DNA of 25,419 bases from the IMG/VR virus record IMGVR_UViG_3300035531_000116, positions 1 to 25,419 of that record. One strand, written 5' to 3'. The notes under the pieces are model-generated. The model ran no database searches. It was not told where the DNA came from and saw only the letters and a program-made list of their open reading frames with translations. This DNA is from a virus. Its lineage: Duplodnaviria; Caudoviricetes. Shown here in pieces: positions 16,056-25,119 of this stretch. Made by a program: the position numbers and the translations under genes. Numbering within the stretch: position 1 is the first letter of the stretch; each line of letters begins with the position of its first letter.

Positions 16056-16979
16056 TTACTCAGTCCCTGTAGATCCCCAGGAAAGCGGCCACAATGCATA
16101 TCCGCCGGCCATCCGGGCTTCCGCTCCGAATTTATACTCCGCCCTGTCAAACACCGACTCAGAGGCCATATCCGTCTGGGATACAAACACCGGCTTTTTG
16201 CGCTCAACAATGACGAACGGCTTTATGGGCCGGGTGGTGACATGGAGCATCCACTGTGTGCTGCTGGTCAACCTGGGGTTCACCACCAGTTTTGCCGTGC
16301 CGTAATATGGGTTTGGCTTGTCATCTTCAAGTTTCGGGTTGTCGCACAGGATTTTGCCCGTTGCTTCCAGGGCCGGCGGCACCTCAAGGGTATCCGGTAT
16401 CAGCCCCAGGGGGCGGCCCTCATCATCCGTGAACGACATGATGGCGGTTCTCGCTGCCCCATAGGATGCCTTGGCGCCGGCCAGGGTGGCGGCAGATAGC
16501 GCCATGGTCCCCTTGTTGGATACAGACTGGACATCGCCGTCTTTATCCGTCACCGGGTGGTCTGTATCGTAGAAGTATTGTCCGTCATAACCCTTCTCCG
16601 TGAAGGCGTTGTTCTTCAGGTCCGCGTCAATCTCATCCGGTAACTGCTTAGCCGAGAACCCTGCATCCTGTGCCATTGGCTTGTAAATACCGATCTGGTC
16701 ATCTTCGATATCGTTTCGTTTGACCACCACCGTGGCCTCCCAGTCATCCACCACCACCGAGTACTGATGCACCTTCAATTTCCGGTACACCTTGTCTCCG
16801 ATCCATTTGCGCATTTTTGGGAATCTTGCGATCCAAGAAAAATCCATGATCGCTCCGGTTCCCATGGGCACTTTCATGGACGTCTGTTCCCAGATGGACG
16901 GCGCGGCTTCAAACGCTTTGTTAAATACGGTTTTTAGAACCGTAAACACCGCTATAATGTTTGATTTATTCAGCAGCAT
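16056..16979 (-). CDS. Major capsid protein, Mu gpT-like
   Basis: FPKMRKWIGD, RNDIEDDQIG, YDGQYFYDTDHPV, LEVPPALE and FGAEAR..GY. Confidence 0.95.
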   Translation of the reverse strand: MLLNKSNIIAVFTVLKTVFNKAFEAAPSIWEQTSMKVPMGTGAIMDFSWIARFPKMRKWIGDKVYRKLKVHQYSVVVDDWEATVVVKRNDIEDDQIGIYKPMAQDAGFSAKQLPDEIDADLKNNAFTEKGYDGQYFYDTDHPVTDKDGDVQSVSNKGTMALSAATLAGAKASYGAARTAIMSFTDDEGRPLGLIPDTLEVPPALEATGKILCDNPKLEDDKPNPYYGTAKLVVNPRLTSSTQWMLHVTTRPIKPFVIVERKKPVFVSQTDMASESVFDRAEYKFGAEARMAGGYALWPLSWGSTGTE

Positions 16980-17032
16980 GTTATCTATCTCCTAAGATGT
17001 TATGTCTTTCATCAATACGGGATCAGCACCGG

Positions 17033-17452
17033 CTACTGAACGGCCGGGGCAATATCCACATATACCTTGTTACTGACGACGAACTCGGCAATTTTACCGG
17101 CCGGGATGCCGTTGGTGGTCATTGCGGCCAGGGCCACGGTCTGGTCATCTACGATGCAGACGCTGTCCCCTACATTGGCCTGGGTCGCCGTGCCGCTGAA
17201 GTTCATCAGGTGCAGGCCGTCCCGCTCGTACTCTGCGGTCAGATCGCCGTTGGCCCCGGCGGAGTTGTCCTGCTGTCCGGCGCATACCCCGGCAAGCACA
17301 AGCCCTGCCGTGTCAGAGCCTGGCACCACATAACCGGCCGCATTATGGCAAACCATGCCCCCGCCATAGAGTTTGGTCGAGGCTGCAACCGGCCCCTGAC
17401 CGATCCTGCCGTCCTTTCTCCGGGTATCCCGGTCTTCCGTTAATGCCGTCAT
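17033..17452 (-). CDS. Probable capsid decoration/cement protein
   Basis: MTALTEDRDTRR...; small Gly/Ala/Val-rich protein between protease and capsid genes. Confidence 0.6.
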   Translation of the reverse strand: MTALTEDRDTRRKDGRIGQGPVAASTKLYGGGMVCHNAAGYVVPGSDTAGLVLAGVCAGQQDNSAGANGDLTAEYERDGLHLMNFSGTATQANVGDSVCIVDDQTVALAAMTTNGIPAGKIAEFVVSNKVYVDIAPAVQ

Positions 17453-17496
17453 GTCTGTTTCCTCTCAAATTTCAGGTTAAAGTGATGACAAAATGA

Positions 17497-18021
17497 CTAT
17501 TCTTTTTCCGTCAAATCATCAGGGTCAACATCCATCATGCCGGCCACCTGCATAACGGCGTCTTTGTTTTTTGAGTCGTCCGGTGTAAACGATCTCCCTG
17601 GCAATTTGTCCATGGGCACCACCACAGACGCCTTGGCCACATACACCTTAAAGCCGTCCAGATCCTTGCGGGCATAGTCCATGGCCCAATCCTTTTGCGC
17701 CGGAGTAACCTTCCCGGCATCCATAGCCGCCGCCACCGCGTCCGCCGCGTCCCGTTCCGCCAGCCGGTCCTCAAGGGCCTTGAGCTGGTCTGCAGTTGCA
17801 CCTGTACTTGCGGTCTGCTTCAGGGCCAGGATGGACGCCTCCACAACAGATACCGTGTCATCGGGCTTAAGCCCCAGTGCGGCGGTAACCCGTTCCGGCA
17901 TGACCTCTTTAGCCTCGCCCTCCGGCAGTTTCACCCCAAGCGCGGCGATAGCGGCCACAATCATATCGTCCGTGGCATCTTCAGCCAGCCCCAGCGCGGC
18001 GATCAATTTTTCTCTGTCCAT
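17497..18021 (-). CDS. Internal in-frame scaffold protein (Mu gpZ-like, 174 aa)
   Basis: GAGGAG-ACAATT-ATG at codon 166 (MDREKLIAALGL) of the protease gene; Mu Z is known to be translated this way. Confidence 0.65.
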   Translation of the reverse strand: MDREKLIAALGLAEDATDDMIVAAIAALGVKLPEGEAKEVMPERVTAALGLKPDDTVSVVEASILALKQTASTGATADQLKALEDRLAERDAADAVAAAMDAGKVTPAQKDWAMDYARKDLDGFKVYVAKASVVVPMDKLPGRSFTPDDSKNKDAVMQVAGMMDVDPDDLTEKE

Positions 18022-18516
18022 AATTGTCTCCTCGTTCTCCACCATCCCGGCTTCAAGCGCCGCCAGGATGGGCGTTAAATTATCGGTCTTGGGCCGATTG
18101 GTCAGCGCCACGCTGTCCAGATAGCAGACCCGTTTGTCACTTTTTTTGATCCCGAACACCGGGGAAAAATACTTGTACTCCCGGGCCGCCAGATGGGCCG
18201 CAGCCTTATCGGTCCAGGAAACACGGGCCATGATGCCCTTTCCGTCTTCCCAGGCCAGTTCCTCAATCCACCCGGCCGCCGGTGCACCGGCGGCAATCTC
18301 GCCGCGATGCTGGACACTGGCATGCTCGTAATCAAAATGGATCTGGTTGCCCCGGCTCCGGATGGCTTCCATCATCAGTTTGAAACCCGCCTGGTCCACC
18401 AAAAACTTTTTGCCGTCGGCAAGACGTCCCCATCCGGCTGCAAACAGCAGCACCCATTCCGGGGCTTTGCCGGTATCTGTATCCAGGGAAGCAATCATCT
18501 GTAAAATTTTTAACAT
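17497..18516 (-). CDS. Prohead protease I with C-terminal scaffold (Mu gpI/gpZ-like)
   Basis: DYEH, APAAGWI, V.WT..A, EYKYFSPVF and SVALTNRP; Ala-rich helical C-terminal half. Confidence 0.93.
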   Translation of the reverse strand: MLKILQMIASLDTDTGKAPEWVLLFAAGWGRLADGKKFLVDQAGFKLMMEAIRSRGNQIHFDYEHASVQHRGEIAAGAPAAGWIEELAWEDGKGIMARVSWTDKAAAHLAAREYKYFSPVFGIKKSDKRVCYLDSVALTNRPKTDNLTPILAALEAGMVENEETIMDREKLIAALGLAEDATDDMIVAAIAALGVKLPEGEAKEVMPERVTAALGLKPDDTVSVVEASILALKQTASTGATADQLKALEDRLAERDAADAVAAAMDAGKVTPAQKDWAMDYARKDLDGFKVYVAKASVVVPMDKLPGRSFTPDDSKNKDAVMQVAGMMDVDPDDLTEKE

Positions 18517-18518
18517 GC

Positions 18519-19616
18519 TTAAAATCCTTTATCCTTTGCCTCAAGCTGCGTGATTGAATAGTGCCTGCTGCCCTGTACCATCGTGGCTTTATAGCGCTTA
18601 TCCGCTACATCGCTGACGATCTGTAAGGCATCCCCATGCCTGATGACATTCCCGGTTTCGATGAGTGTCTGAATCAGTGAAAAATCATCAATGGAAATGT
18701 CAGGGGCAGCGGACTTGATGGCATCAATATGTGCTTTGGAGATCCAGACCGTCTGGGCCTTGCTGCCCATGGCCGCTCTATCCGCTCCGGACAACACAGC
18801 CACCGGGAACTCACCGGCAATCTTGCCATCAAAAAACCGTTCAAACACCGGCCCCTTTAAGAACTCGGACACAAACGGACGGGCAATGTCATAATCCAGT
18901 GTCTCCATCCGATCCGCCAGCACCTTGTAAGATCTGTCTCTGGCCTTCCCAGGGTTGTAATCAAACCCCGGGTCAATTCCCTGGGGAACCTGCTTGACGT
19001 TGCCGTCCCGGTCCGTATACTCCCGGTACTTAATCTCCGGTGCCGTATCCGGACCTTTCTTTCCCATGCGTTTCAAATCTCTGTCAGACACGGAATCCAC
19101 CCGGCAGTTGCACCCCCATCCGTTCTGGGGCGCGTGACTGTCCCACCAGGGATCGTTATATGGCAGTACTAATCCGTTCCAGGCTTGATGTTTGGGCCTG
19201 GGATTGGCCGAGCCGGAGTGCCGATACATCAGATAGGGCCGCAAGCGCACAACATCCGGATCAGTCACCTGTTCCCACCGCCCCGTGTTATAAGCGCTGC
19301 GCAGATTTGTATGGTAAATCACCCGGGTGCGCCAGTTCCGGCCGCCCTTGTACCGCCAGCCGTGATCCGATACAATCTTGTCAAAATCTGTTCTAAAGCT
19401 CTCCAGGGTGCCGCCTCCGGCAATCACACGGTCAACTGCCCCACGCAGATCTGTCAACAGCTCGGCCTTCATTGCCCCGGCCACCATAAACCCCTTGGCG
19501 TGCATCTCCTTGGCAAGGTCGTCATACCGCTCCGTGGGCACATTAAGCTTGTCCCTGAAAAACCGGATCGCCTCATTAAAAGGCATGGCACCGTATTCCA
19601 CAGACGCCTTAACCAT
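18519..19616 (-). CDS. MuF (gpF / SPP1 gp7 family) head morphogenesis protein with C-terminal extension
   Basis: PFNEAIRFFRDK, F.VAGA, RVIYHTNLRSAY..GRW, P.NGWGCNC.V and GIDPGFDYNPG. Start taken at MVKAS (19616). Confidence 0.92.
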   Translation of the reverse strand: MVKASVEYGAMPFNEAIRFFRDKLNVPTERYDDLAKEMHAKGFMVAGAMKAELLTDLRGAVDRVIAGGGTLESFRTDFDKIVSDHGWRYKGGRNWRTRVIYHTNLRSAYNTGRWEQVTDPDVVRLRPYLMYRHSGSANPRPKHQAWNGLVLPYNDPWWDSHAPQNGWGCNCRVDSVSDRDLKRMGKKGPDTAPEIKYREYTDRDGNVKQVPQGIDPGFDYNPGKARDRSYKVLADRMETLDYDIARPFVSEFLKGPVFERFFDGKIAGEFPVAVLSGADRAAMGSKAQTVWISKAHIDAIKSAAPDISIDDFSLIQTLIETGNVIRHGDALQIVSDVADKRYKATMVQGSRHYSITQLEAKDKGF

Positions 19617-21180
19617 TTGACGCCTCATACCGCCCGCCCAGCTCCGACGCCAGCATGGCCCGTTCAATCACAGACCCCAGGGCCGCCGTGTCCATGTCCG
19701 GCCAGGCCCGGACCAGGGCATCACGGAACTCTTCCAAAGACTCCGCCCCGGCCAGGATCTCTTTTACCGGCTCCAGCATCGCGGCAATGGATGTGTCAGA
19801 CGCTTCCCCGATCTGTTCCAAAACCATGCCTGTGAAGTCCATTTCTTCGTTTTCAGGCTCATTTGGCTGTTTCGCAGCTACATGTACCATAGACGCCTCA
19901 ATCTCATTTTTAGGGGCAATTTTAGCCCGAAGGCACTCTTCATCCTTTTCCGGGGCAGGGATGTTGAATTTCTCCCGCACATGGGAGACGGGGATATCCA
20001 TCCGGTCGGCGAATTTATCCAGCAGTTCGGCATGTTCCTCCGGATTAAATTTTTTGAACGAACCCCGGTATTTTGGCACTGCAACGTCCCACCCGAAGTT
20101 GAACCCCACCCATGGCCGTATCAGCTGGCCACGGATGGTGCCGGCAAGGGCTCTGGCATCGGCATTGATCAGATCATGCCGCACATCGTTATGGGTGTTT
20201 GCAGCCGCATAAGAGCCCCTGCCGTCAACATCACTAGTGAGCGTCCCGCCCAGAATCGCCTTTGACATCTCCTTGTTGGCAAAACCGGCCAGGCCCTTGT
20301 AAAGGTCGCCGGATGCTTGTCCGGACATTGCGTTTTCAAAAGAGATCTCTGTAGACTTTGAGATAATCCCCGCCGCATCGGTGCCAAGGGCCTGCACGGC
20401 AATGGCAAGCGCCTCCTTGTCCTCCTTGCTGGCACCCGGATCATACTTGCCAAGGCGCAGGGGCATGCCGTACACCTCGCAGAATATAACCCAGTCCTTG
20501 ACCGAATAATTCTTAAACAGATACCACCAGGCGCATATCCGGTAGATCCCTGCACGTACCACATGTCCTGACATACCGCCGTACCTGTGCATCATCACCC
20601 TGAACGGAGGGATATCAATACCCAGCGGATCTTCATCCGTAATCAACAGCGGCACACGGCTTAAAATCCCGGACCCGTCCGTAAACCTGAACCGCTTCTG
20701 TTCAATAAACTCAAACTTGTCCACCCACACCTGGCCCTCGGAATAATCCCAGTGCAGCTCAATTGGGGCATACCCCTTGCCCACGGCGTCCTGGAGGGAG
20801 ACCAGGATATCCGGCCAGTTGGTAATCCCGTCCAGGTATTCATTGACCGCCTCGGCCACTGCATGGTCCCGCTTGTCATCGGACGCCGGCTCCAGTACGA
20901 AATCTGCGTCCAGTATCACGTTGCGACGCTTGGACATATCCCCGGTAATGTGGCCGTCCCGCTCCTCGATCTGGTCAAACAGCTCGGCCTGGCGGCTGAT
21001 CTCGCCTGCGTCCGCCTCTTTAAGCAGCTCTGCCAGCCGCTCCGGCGTTAACCCGTCCGCCACATAATCCCGAAACCCGTCGGTCAGGGGCGCCGCCGGC
21101 ATGGGATTTCTGTCCGGCCTCTTTTCCGGCCGCTTCAGCAGCCTCATGAACTGATCGTAGATCCTGCGCATCACCAGCAC
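19609..21180 (-). CDS. Portal protein, Mu gp29 / DUF935-like
   Basis: GLTPERLA..LKEAD.G, KDWVIFCEVYGMPLRLGKY and MSKAILGGTLT. Start may be the ATG at 21171. Confidence 0.95.
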   Translation of the reverse strand: MLVMRRIYDQFMRLLKRPEKRPDRNPMPAAPLTDGFRDYVADGLTPERLAELLKEADAGEISRQAELFDQIEERDGHITGDMSKRRNVILDADFVLEPASDDKRDHAVAEAVNEYLDGITNWPDILVSLQDAVGKGYAPIELHWDYSEGQVWVDKFEFIEQKRFRFTDGSGILSRVPLLITDEDPLGIDIPPFRVMMHRYGGMSGHVVRAGIYRICAWWYLFKNYSVKDWVIFCEVYGMPLRLGKYDPGASKEDKEALAIAVQALGTDAAGIISKSTEISFENAMSGQASGDLYKGLAGFANKEMSKAILGGTLTSDVDGRGSYAAANTHNDVRHDLINADARALAGTIRGQLIRPWVGFNFGWDVAVPKYRGSFKKFNPEEHAELLDKFADRMDIPVSHVREKFNIPAPEKDEECLRAKIAPKNEIEASMVHVAAKQPNEPENEEMDFTGMVLEQIGEASDTSIAAMLEPVKEILAGAESLEEFRDALVRAWPDMDTAALGSVIERAMLASELGGRYEASNG

Positions 21181-22562
21181 CCCGCTTTCTTAAACCGCCG
21201 TGGCGTGACGGATTCGTATTCGATATCTCCCACCGGCTGGTCCGCCGCATGGATTGCCAAGGCCAGCGCCCAGAATCGGTCACTGTGGCCATTGGCCCCA
21301 CGGTCCGCCTCAAACCGGATATTTCCGGCTGCCGTGGTCACTTTTTTAATGCCACGCAAATCCGCCCGGATCTGGTCATCCTTGGGGATCTTGACAGCCT
21401 TGTCTTCGAATAGCGCCCGGACCGGATACGCCAGTTCCTCCTTGATCTGCGCTGAAAAACGCACCCCCTCAACCCGGTAAGTTCCGAATTTCTCCTGGGC
21501 ACGCTCGACAAGCTGCATACCCAGTCCAGTTGAATCAATACAGGCCCGCCGAACAGCGGGAACTGCCAATAGATCATATAAAACCGTCTCCTGCTCCGAA
21601 AATGTCCGGTTCTGAAGGGTAATGATCCGCCGGGTAAAAAAGGTCCCGGAGACCCGTTCCAAAATCCACATCACCGTCAAATCACTGGTCCGGCCCACGT
21701 CCATACCCAGGTACAACTCCTTTTCATCCCCGGTCATCTCCCACACCACGCCCGGCCGGTACTCACAGGCGGCAATCATGTCATAGGAGATAAACGCCCC
21801 TGCATCGTCCGCCGGCACACACATGTACTCCTGGAGGAACTGCTCTTCGGACGCACACCCGGACCGGATAAAATCAAAGTAATCCTGCTCATCCATCTCC
21901 AGGCACTCATGTCCCCGAGGCAGGTTCTCCTGGAGCTTGAATAAAAAGCCCTGGTCCAGGGCCGTCTCCAGGGTCACCGTGTGCAGGGAAAATCCCTTGG
22001 GGTTGCCCCGGTGCTTGATATCCTCCACCAGCTCGTTGAAAAAGTTGGCCGATCCCCGGTGGGTGGAGATGATCTCCATCTGACCGCCCCAGGTGATGCC
22101 CGGATAGGCGATGGAATAAAGCTTTCTTGGGTCAGGATGCAGGGCAAATTCGTCGAGCACACGCCCGCCCCGCTTACCGGCCTGGGCATCGGCGTTGGAA
22201 CTCATGGAGTGGATGCGCTTGCCGTTGGCAAAGCTGATCACATAGGCCGACAGCTTTTTGGCATCGTCTACCACCATCACGCCCATATCCTTTGCTACGG
22301 CATTGAGCATGCCCGCAAACTTCTTGCAGTCCTCAAGAAAAAGCCTGGCCTGGATATCATCCCTGGAAGAGACCCACTGGTCGTGCTTTGCCTCCCTGGG
22401 TGCCGTGCGCTCCACCGTTGCAAAAGCAGAGCTCCAGGACAACCCGATCTGCCGGGATTTCTCCATGAGCTTAAGCCGGCTCTGGTCCGCAATCCATGCG
22501 TCCTGGTACGGCAAAAACAGTTTGCCCGGCGCCTTGGGTATGTTATTGGCTCTGCCTGTCAT
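21171..22562 (-). CDS. Terminase large subunit, Mu gp28-like
   Basis: FLPYQ, KSRQIGLSW (Walker A-like), VLDEFA (Walker B), ISTHRG, GMDVGR..D and GHSDRFWALALA. Confidence 0.95.
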   Translation of the reverse strand: MTGRANNIPKAPGKLFLPYQDAWIADQSRLKLMEKSRQIGLSWSSAFATVERTAPREAKHDQWVSSRDDIQARLFLEDCKKFAGMLNAVAKDMGVMVVDDAKKLSAYVISFANGKRIHSMSSNADAQAGKRGGRVLDEFALHPDPRKLYSIAYPGITWGGQMEIISTHRGSANFFNELVEDIKHRGNPKGFSLHTVTLETALDQGFLFKLQENLPRGHECLEMDEQDYFDFIRSGCASEEQFLQEYMCVPADDAGAFISYDMIAACEYRPGVVWEMTGDEKELYLGMDVGRTSDLTVMWILERVSGTFFTRRIITLQNRTFSEQETVLYDLLAVPAVRRACIDSTGLGMQLVERAQEKFGTYRVEGVRFSAQIKEELAYPVRALFEDKAVKIPKDDQIRADLRGIKKVTTAAGNIRFEADRGANGHSDRFWALALAIHAADQPVGDIEYESVTPRRFKKAGCW

Positions 22563-23110
22563 AGGTTCAGCATGCTCCGGATCTCTTTGAGTCGTTCCGC
22601 ATCCGGGATATGGTCTCCCAGGGTCTGTTCCACTGCGGCAAGGGCCTCTTCCTGGGCCTGTTTTCTCACCTGGTTCTCCCGATCCAGGGTGATTTTGCTG
22701 GACCGCTCAATGCGCTGGGATATCAAAGCGATCTTGTTCAGGGTGTCCACGTCCACTTCGCCGCCATTGAGCACCAGATTAAACGCCAGGGTCTTCACAA
22801 TCTCCGTCACACCCCGGCCGATATCCGTGCCTTTCTGTTCGTTTAGACCGCCCACCAAAGCGTCTGCAGCCTCCCGGGCCTCGCGCATCATGGCCCCTTT
22901 CTCCTCCACGGCCATGGCGTACCGCCCCAGGGCACTCTTACTTATTGGCTTCTCCCCCCGGACCTGGAGCACGGGGTTGATCGCCTCAAGGATCTTGGTC
23001 TGGGTCAAGCGCCGGTCCCTCAGGGCCGCGTTGATCTCCACCCGCAGATCTTCCGGCAGCTGGTCTATGGATGAGGGCCGTCCCCGGCCTTTACGTTTGT
23101 TTTTGGCCAT
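22559..23110 (-). CDS. Terminase small subunit, Mu gp27 / DUF3486-like
   Basis: GRPSSIDQLP and ISKSALGRY; directly upstream of the large terminase. Confidence 0.85.
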   Translation of the reverse strand: MAKNKRKGRGRPSSIDQLPEDLRVEINAALRDRRLTQTKILEAINPVLQVRGEKPISKSALGRYAMAVEEKGAMMREAREAADALVGGLNEQKGTDIGRGVTEIVKTLAFNLVLNGGEVDVDTLNKIALISQRIERSSKITLDRENQVRKQAQEEALAAVEQTLGDHIPDAERLKEIRSMLNL

Positions 23111-23112
23111 AT

Positions 23113-23418
23113 TTACCGCCGTTTCATCCTTGGCGTGGGCCGACGCACCCCCGGCACCGTAACCCGGCCTTTTGCCGCGTCCAGGCCCCGTGTGGTCAGC
23201 GTGGCAACCATGATGCCCGGGTCGTCATCCAGTTCCACCAGCCCCTGGTCTGCCAGCCATGCCAGCTCCGTGCGCACCCGGTCCCGGCCAGGTGTAAACC
23301 CGTATGGCTCGGTCCCGTCCGCCAGGATGGATTCATTCAGCGAATAGCTGGCCGTCTCTTCCAGCAGCCGAAGCAGGGTTATCCGCAGGTGCTGGGATAT
23401 GGTATCGTTCAGGCTCAT
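23113..23418 (-). CDS. Mu gp26-like winged-helix protein
   Basis: RITLLRLL, NESIL, LAWLADQGLV and A.LT.RGLD.A.G...VPGVRRP.P. Confidence 0.85.
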   Translation of the reverse strand: MSLNDTISQHLRITLLRLLEETASYSLNESILADGTEPYGFTPGRDRVRTELAWLADQGLVELDDDPGIMVATLTTRGLDAAKGRVTVPGVRRPTPRMKRR

Positions 23419-23741
23419 GATTTGTTCTCCGGCTTCATTAAAGTATCCAGGATCATATCCACGGACCCGCCGATATTATCCAAAGACCCATTCATTTCTG
23501 ACACCTGATCGGACACTTTGTTGATCCGGTCATGCACAGCGGCAAGATCACGGTGTCCGATCTTATTCTCTTCCAGGCGTATCACGCGTTTATCAACTTT
23601 TTGGATATCACACTTGACTGCGGCAACATCCTTTCCGTGTGCCTTGTCTTTATTCGTGATCCAGACACCCAGCCAGACAACGACATTGACCACTGCCGAA
23701 ATCACCATGAACCAGAACTGCAACGCCTTGTAATCAATCAC
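23415..23741 (-). CDS. Mu gp25 / DUF2730-like membrane-anchored coiled-coil protein
   Basis: N-terminal transmembrane segment followed by coiled coil; position upstream of the gp26-like gene. Confidence 0.65.
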   Translation of the reverse strand: MIDYKALQFWFMVISAVVNVVVWLGVWITNKDKAHGKDVAAVKCDIQKVDKRVIRLEENKIGHRDLAAVHDRINKVSDQVSEMNGSLDNIGGSVDMILDTLMKPENKS

Positions 23742-23938
23742 GACGCCCTCTCAAATACTGCCTGGCACGGCAGGCACCGGCAGCATCCCGGCATTGCCTT
23801 TCGCCGGGCCAAGGGGATTGGCTCCCCGCAGTCAATGCACTCACTACAGCCGGGCTGGTCATATCCGTTCCGGGCCTTTTCAATGGCTTTGTTCCGTAAA
23901 AATTGCTCATGGCCGGCGGCAATATCGCACTCATCCAT
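23738..23938 (-). CDS. TraR/DksA C4-type zinc-finger protein (66 aa)
   Basis: MDECDIA...CIDCGEPIPLARRKAMPGCCRCLPCQ; true start at 23938, overlapping the holin stop. Confidence 0.9.
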   Translation of the reverse strand: MDECDIAAGHEQFLRNKAIEKARNGYDQPGCSECIDCGEPIPLARRKAMPGCCRCLPCQAVFERAS

Positions 23939-24411
23939 CACATCCCCTTGTTTCCGGTGATCATGGATATTACCTTGGCGGCTGCGCCCTTGGCCTGGGC
24001 CGTCTTCTCTGCACTGCGTCCGACCATCCACACGGAACAGACCCCGCCCCAGGCCCACCAGAATTCTTGGGGCAGCGCCAGTAACGGCAGCGTGGGCATT
24101 TCGGTTTTAAACAATCCGGCAAAATAGAACACCATGGGAAACACCACATGCACCAGACCGATGAACACCAGGCCCATATAAACCACACTGGGCCGCGCCC
24201 GTTTGGTGTACGCATCCGCCTGGTTCATCTCCGACACAATGATGTCCCGTTTCAATGCGTCCCGCTGCACGTCCCGTTCGTCAATGGCCTGACTCAACTT
24301 GGCCTGCATCGCCGCCCGGTCCGCTTCAGTCATCTGTTTGGGGAAAAACCTGTCCAGAAGTCCGCCGGCAAAATCAAAGGCCGATCCAAGGCCTGTCAAA
24401 TCAAGTCCCAT
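23938..24411 (-). CDS. Holin, 3TM (GTA-holin-like) family
   Basis: D.YTKRARP, two hydrophobic segments and GRSAEK; adjacent to the endolysin. Confidence 0.8.
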   Translation of the reverse strand: MGLDLTGLGSAFDFAGGLLDRFFPKQMTEADRAAMQAKLSQAIDERDVQRDALKRDIIVSEMNQADAYTKRARPSVVYMGLVFIGLVHVVFPMVFYFAGLFKTEMPTLPLLALPQEFWWAWGGVCSVWMVGRSAEKTAQAKGAAAKVISMITGNKGM

Positions 24412-24420
24412 GCGTCCTCC

Positions 24421-24888
24421 TTAGGCCACCAGGCCGGTAAAATATTTACCGCCGGAATAGGTCAGCACCTGGCGGCGGTTGGCCCCGGCCTTATAGCTCA
24501 CATGCACCCACCCGGAATGGGGCTTGCCCAGGGTGTGGCACTCCAGGATCAGCTGGTCTAAAATCAGATTCTTGCGCATCCAGTCGGCCAGGTCGTAATT
24601 GCTGACGCCCGGCACCTCAAAGTCCACGGCCTCGCCCTTGCAGTGCTGGGAGGTCTTTGAACCGCCTACCGCCGCGTTGAGTTCCGGGCTGCGGTAGCCG
24701 CTGGACGGAACGATCGGAACCCCGTAATGCAGGCGCACGGGCTCCAGGATCTGCACGCACAGGTCCCGGAGCTTATGCACCACATCCTGGGGCGGCAGAT
24801 TATAAATACCTTTGCGCGCTGCGGTCTGGGACCGGGTCAGCTCGCGCAGGGTAAAATTCTCTGTCAGCTGGAATTCTTTAGTATCCAT
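24421..24888 (-). CDS. Endolysin, peptidase M15A family (about 155 aa)
   Basis: LTENFTLREL, SGYRSPELNAAVGG, SQHCKGEAVD and WVH zinc-peptidase motifs. Start at MDTKE (24888), after GGGAGAG. Confidence 0.9.
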   Translation of the reverse strand: MDTKEFQLTENFTLRELTRSQTAARKGIYNLPPQDVVHKLRDLCVQILEPVRLHYGVPIVPSSGYRSPELNAAVGGSKTSQHCKGEAVDFEVPGVSNYDLADWMRKNLILDQLILECHTLGKPHSGWVHVSYKAGANRRQVLTYSGGKYFTGLVA

Positions 24889-25081
24889 ATCCGTCTCTCC
24901 CGGCAGGTGCGGCCACCGCAAGCCGGCACCATAAATGGCCAGCCTGTATCCGCAATCCATGCCCTTGGCTCCAGGGGGGTGATCCCCCATGAAAAATTAA
25001 TGCTTATGGATACTGTTTAGATAAGATCGTGATTGAATGAAAATAACGTGTTTCAAGAAGATATTGAGAGGATGGAAAGGA

Positions 25082-25115
25082 AAAACCGGGCGGCCCGATA
25101 AAGCCGCCCGGTTTT
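25082..25115. terminator. Strong intrinsic terminator, potentially bidirectional
   Basis: Perfect 13-bp inverted repeat AAAACCGGGCGGC-N8-GCCGCCCGGTTTT with T-runs on both strands. Confidence 0.8.
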
Positions 25116-25119
25116 CTTT

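Larger units (their letters stand above)
146..24888 (-). mobile_element. Mu-like (transposable) prophage, late operon from lysis to tail, ending in a DGR; element ends not identified
   Basis: Co-oriented, tightly packed minus-strand genes in Mu late-gene order: terminase, portal, MuF, protease I, capsid T, gp36/gp37, sheath, tube, tape measure, gp43-gp48-like baseplate genes. No transposase or repressor in the window. Confidence 0.93.

Noticed and set aside
21981-23162. 393-aa plus-strand ORF
   Set aside because: Entirely antisense to the terminase genes; no motif; typical shadow ORF.
24889-24990. 34-aa N-terminal extension of the endolysin (possible signal/SAR)
   Set aside because: Not hydrophobic; a good RBS precedes the ATG at 24888, where family similarity begins.
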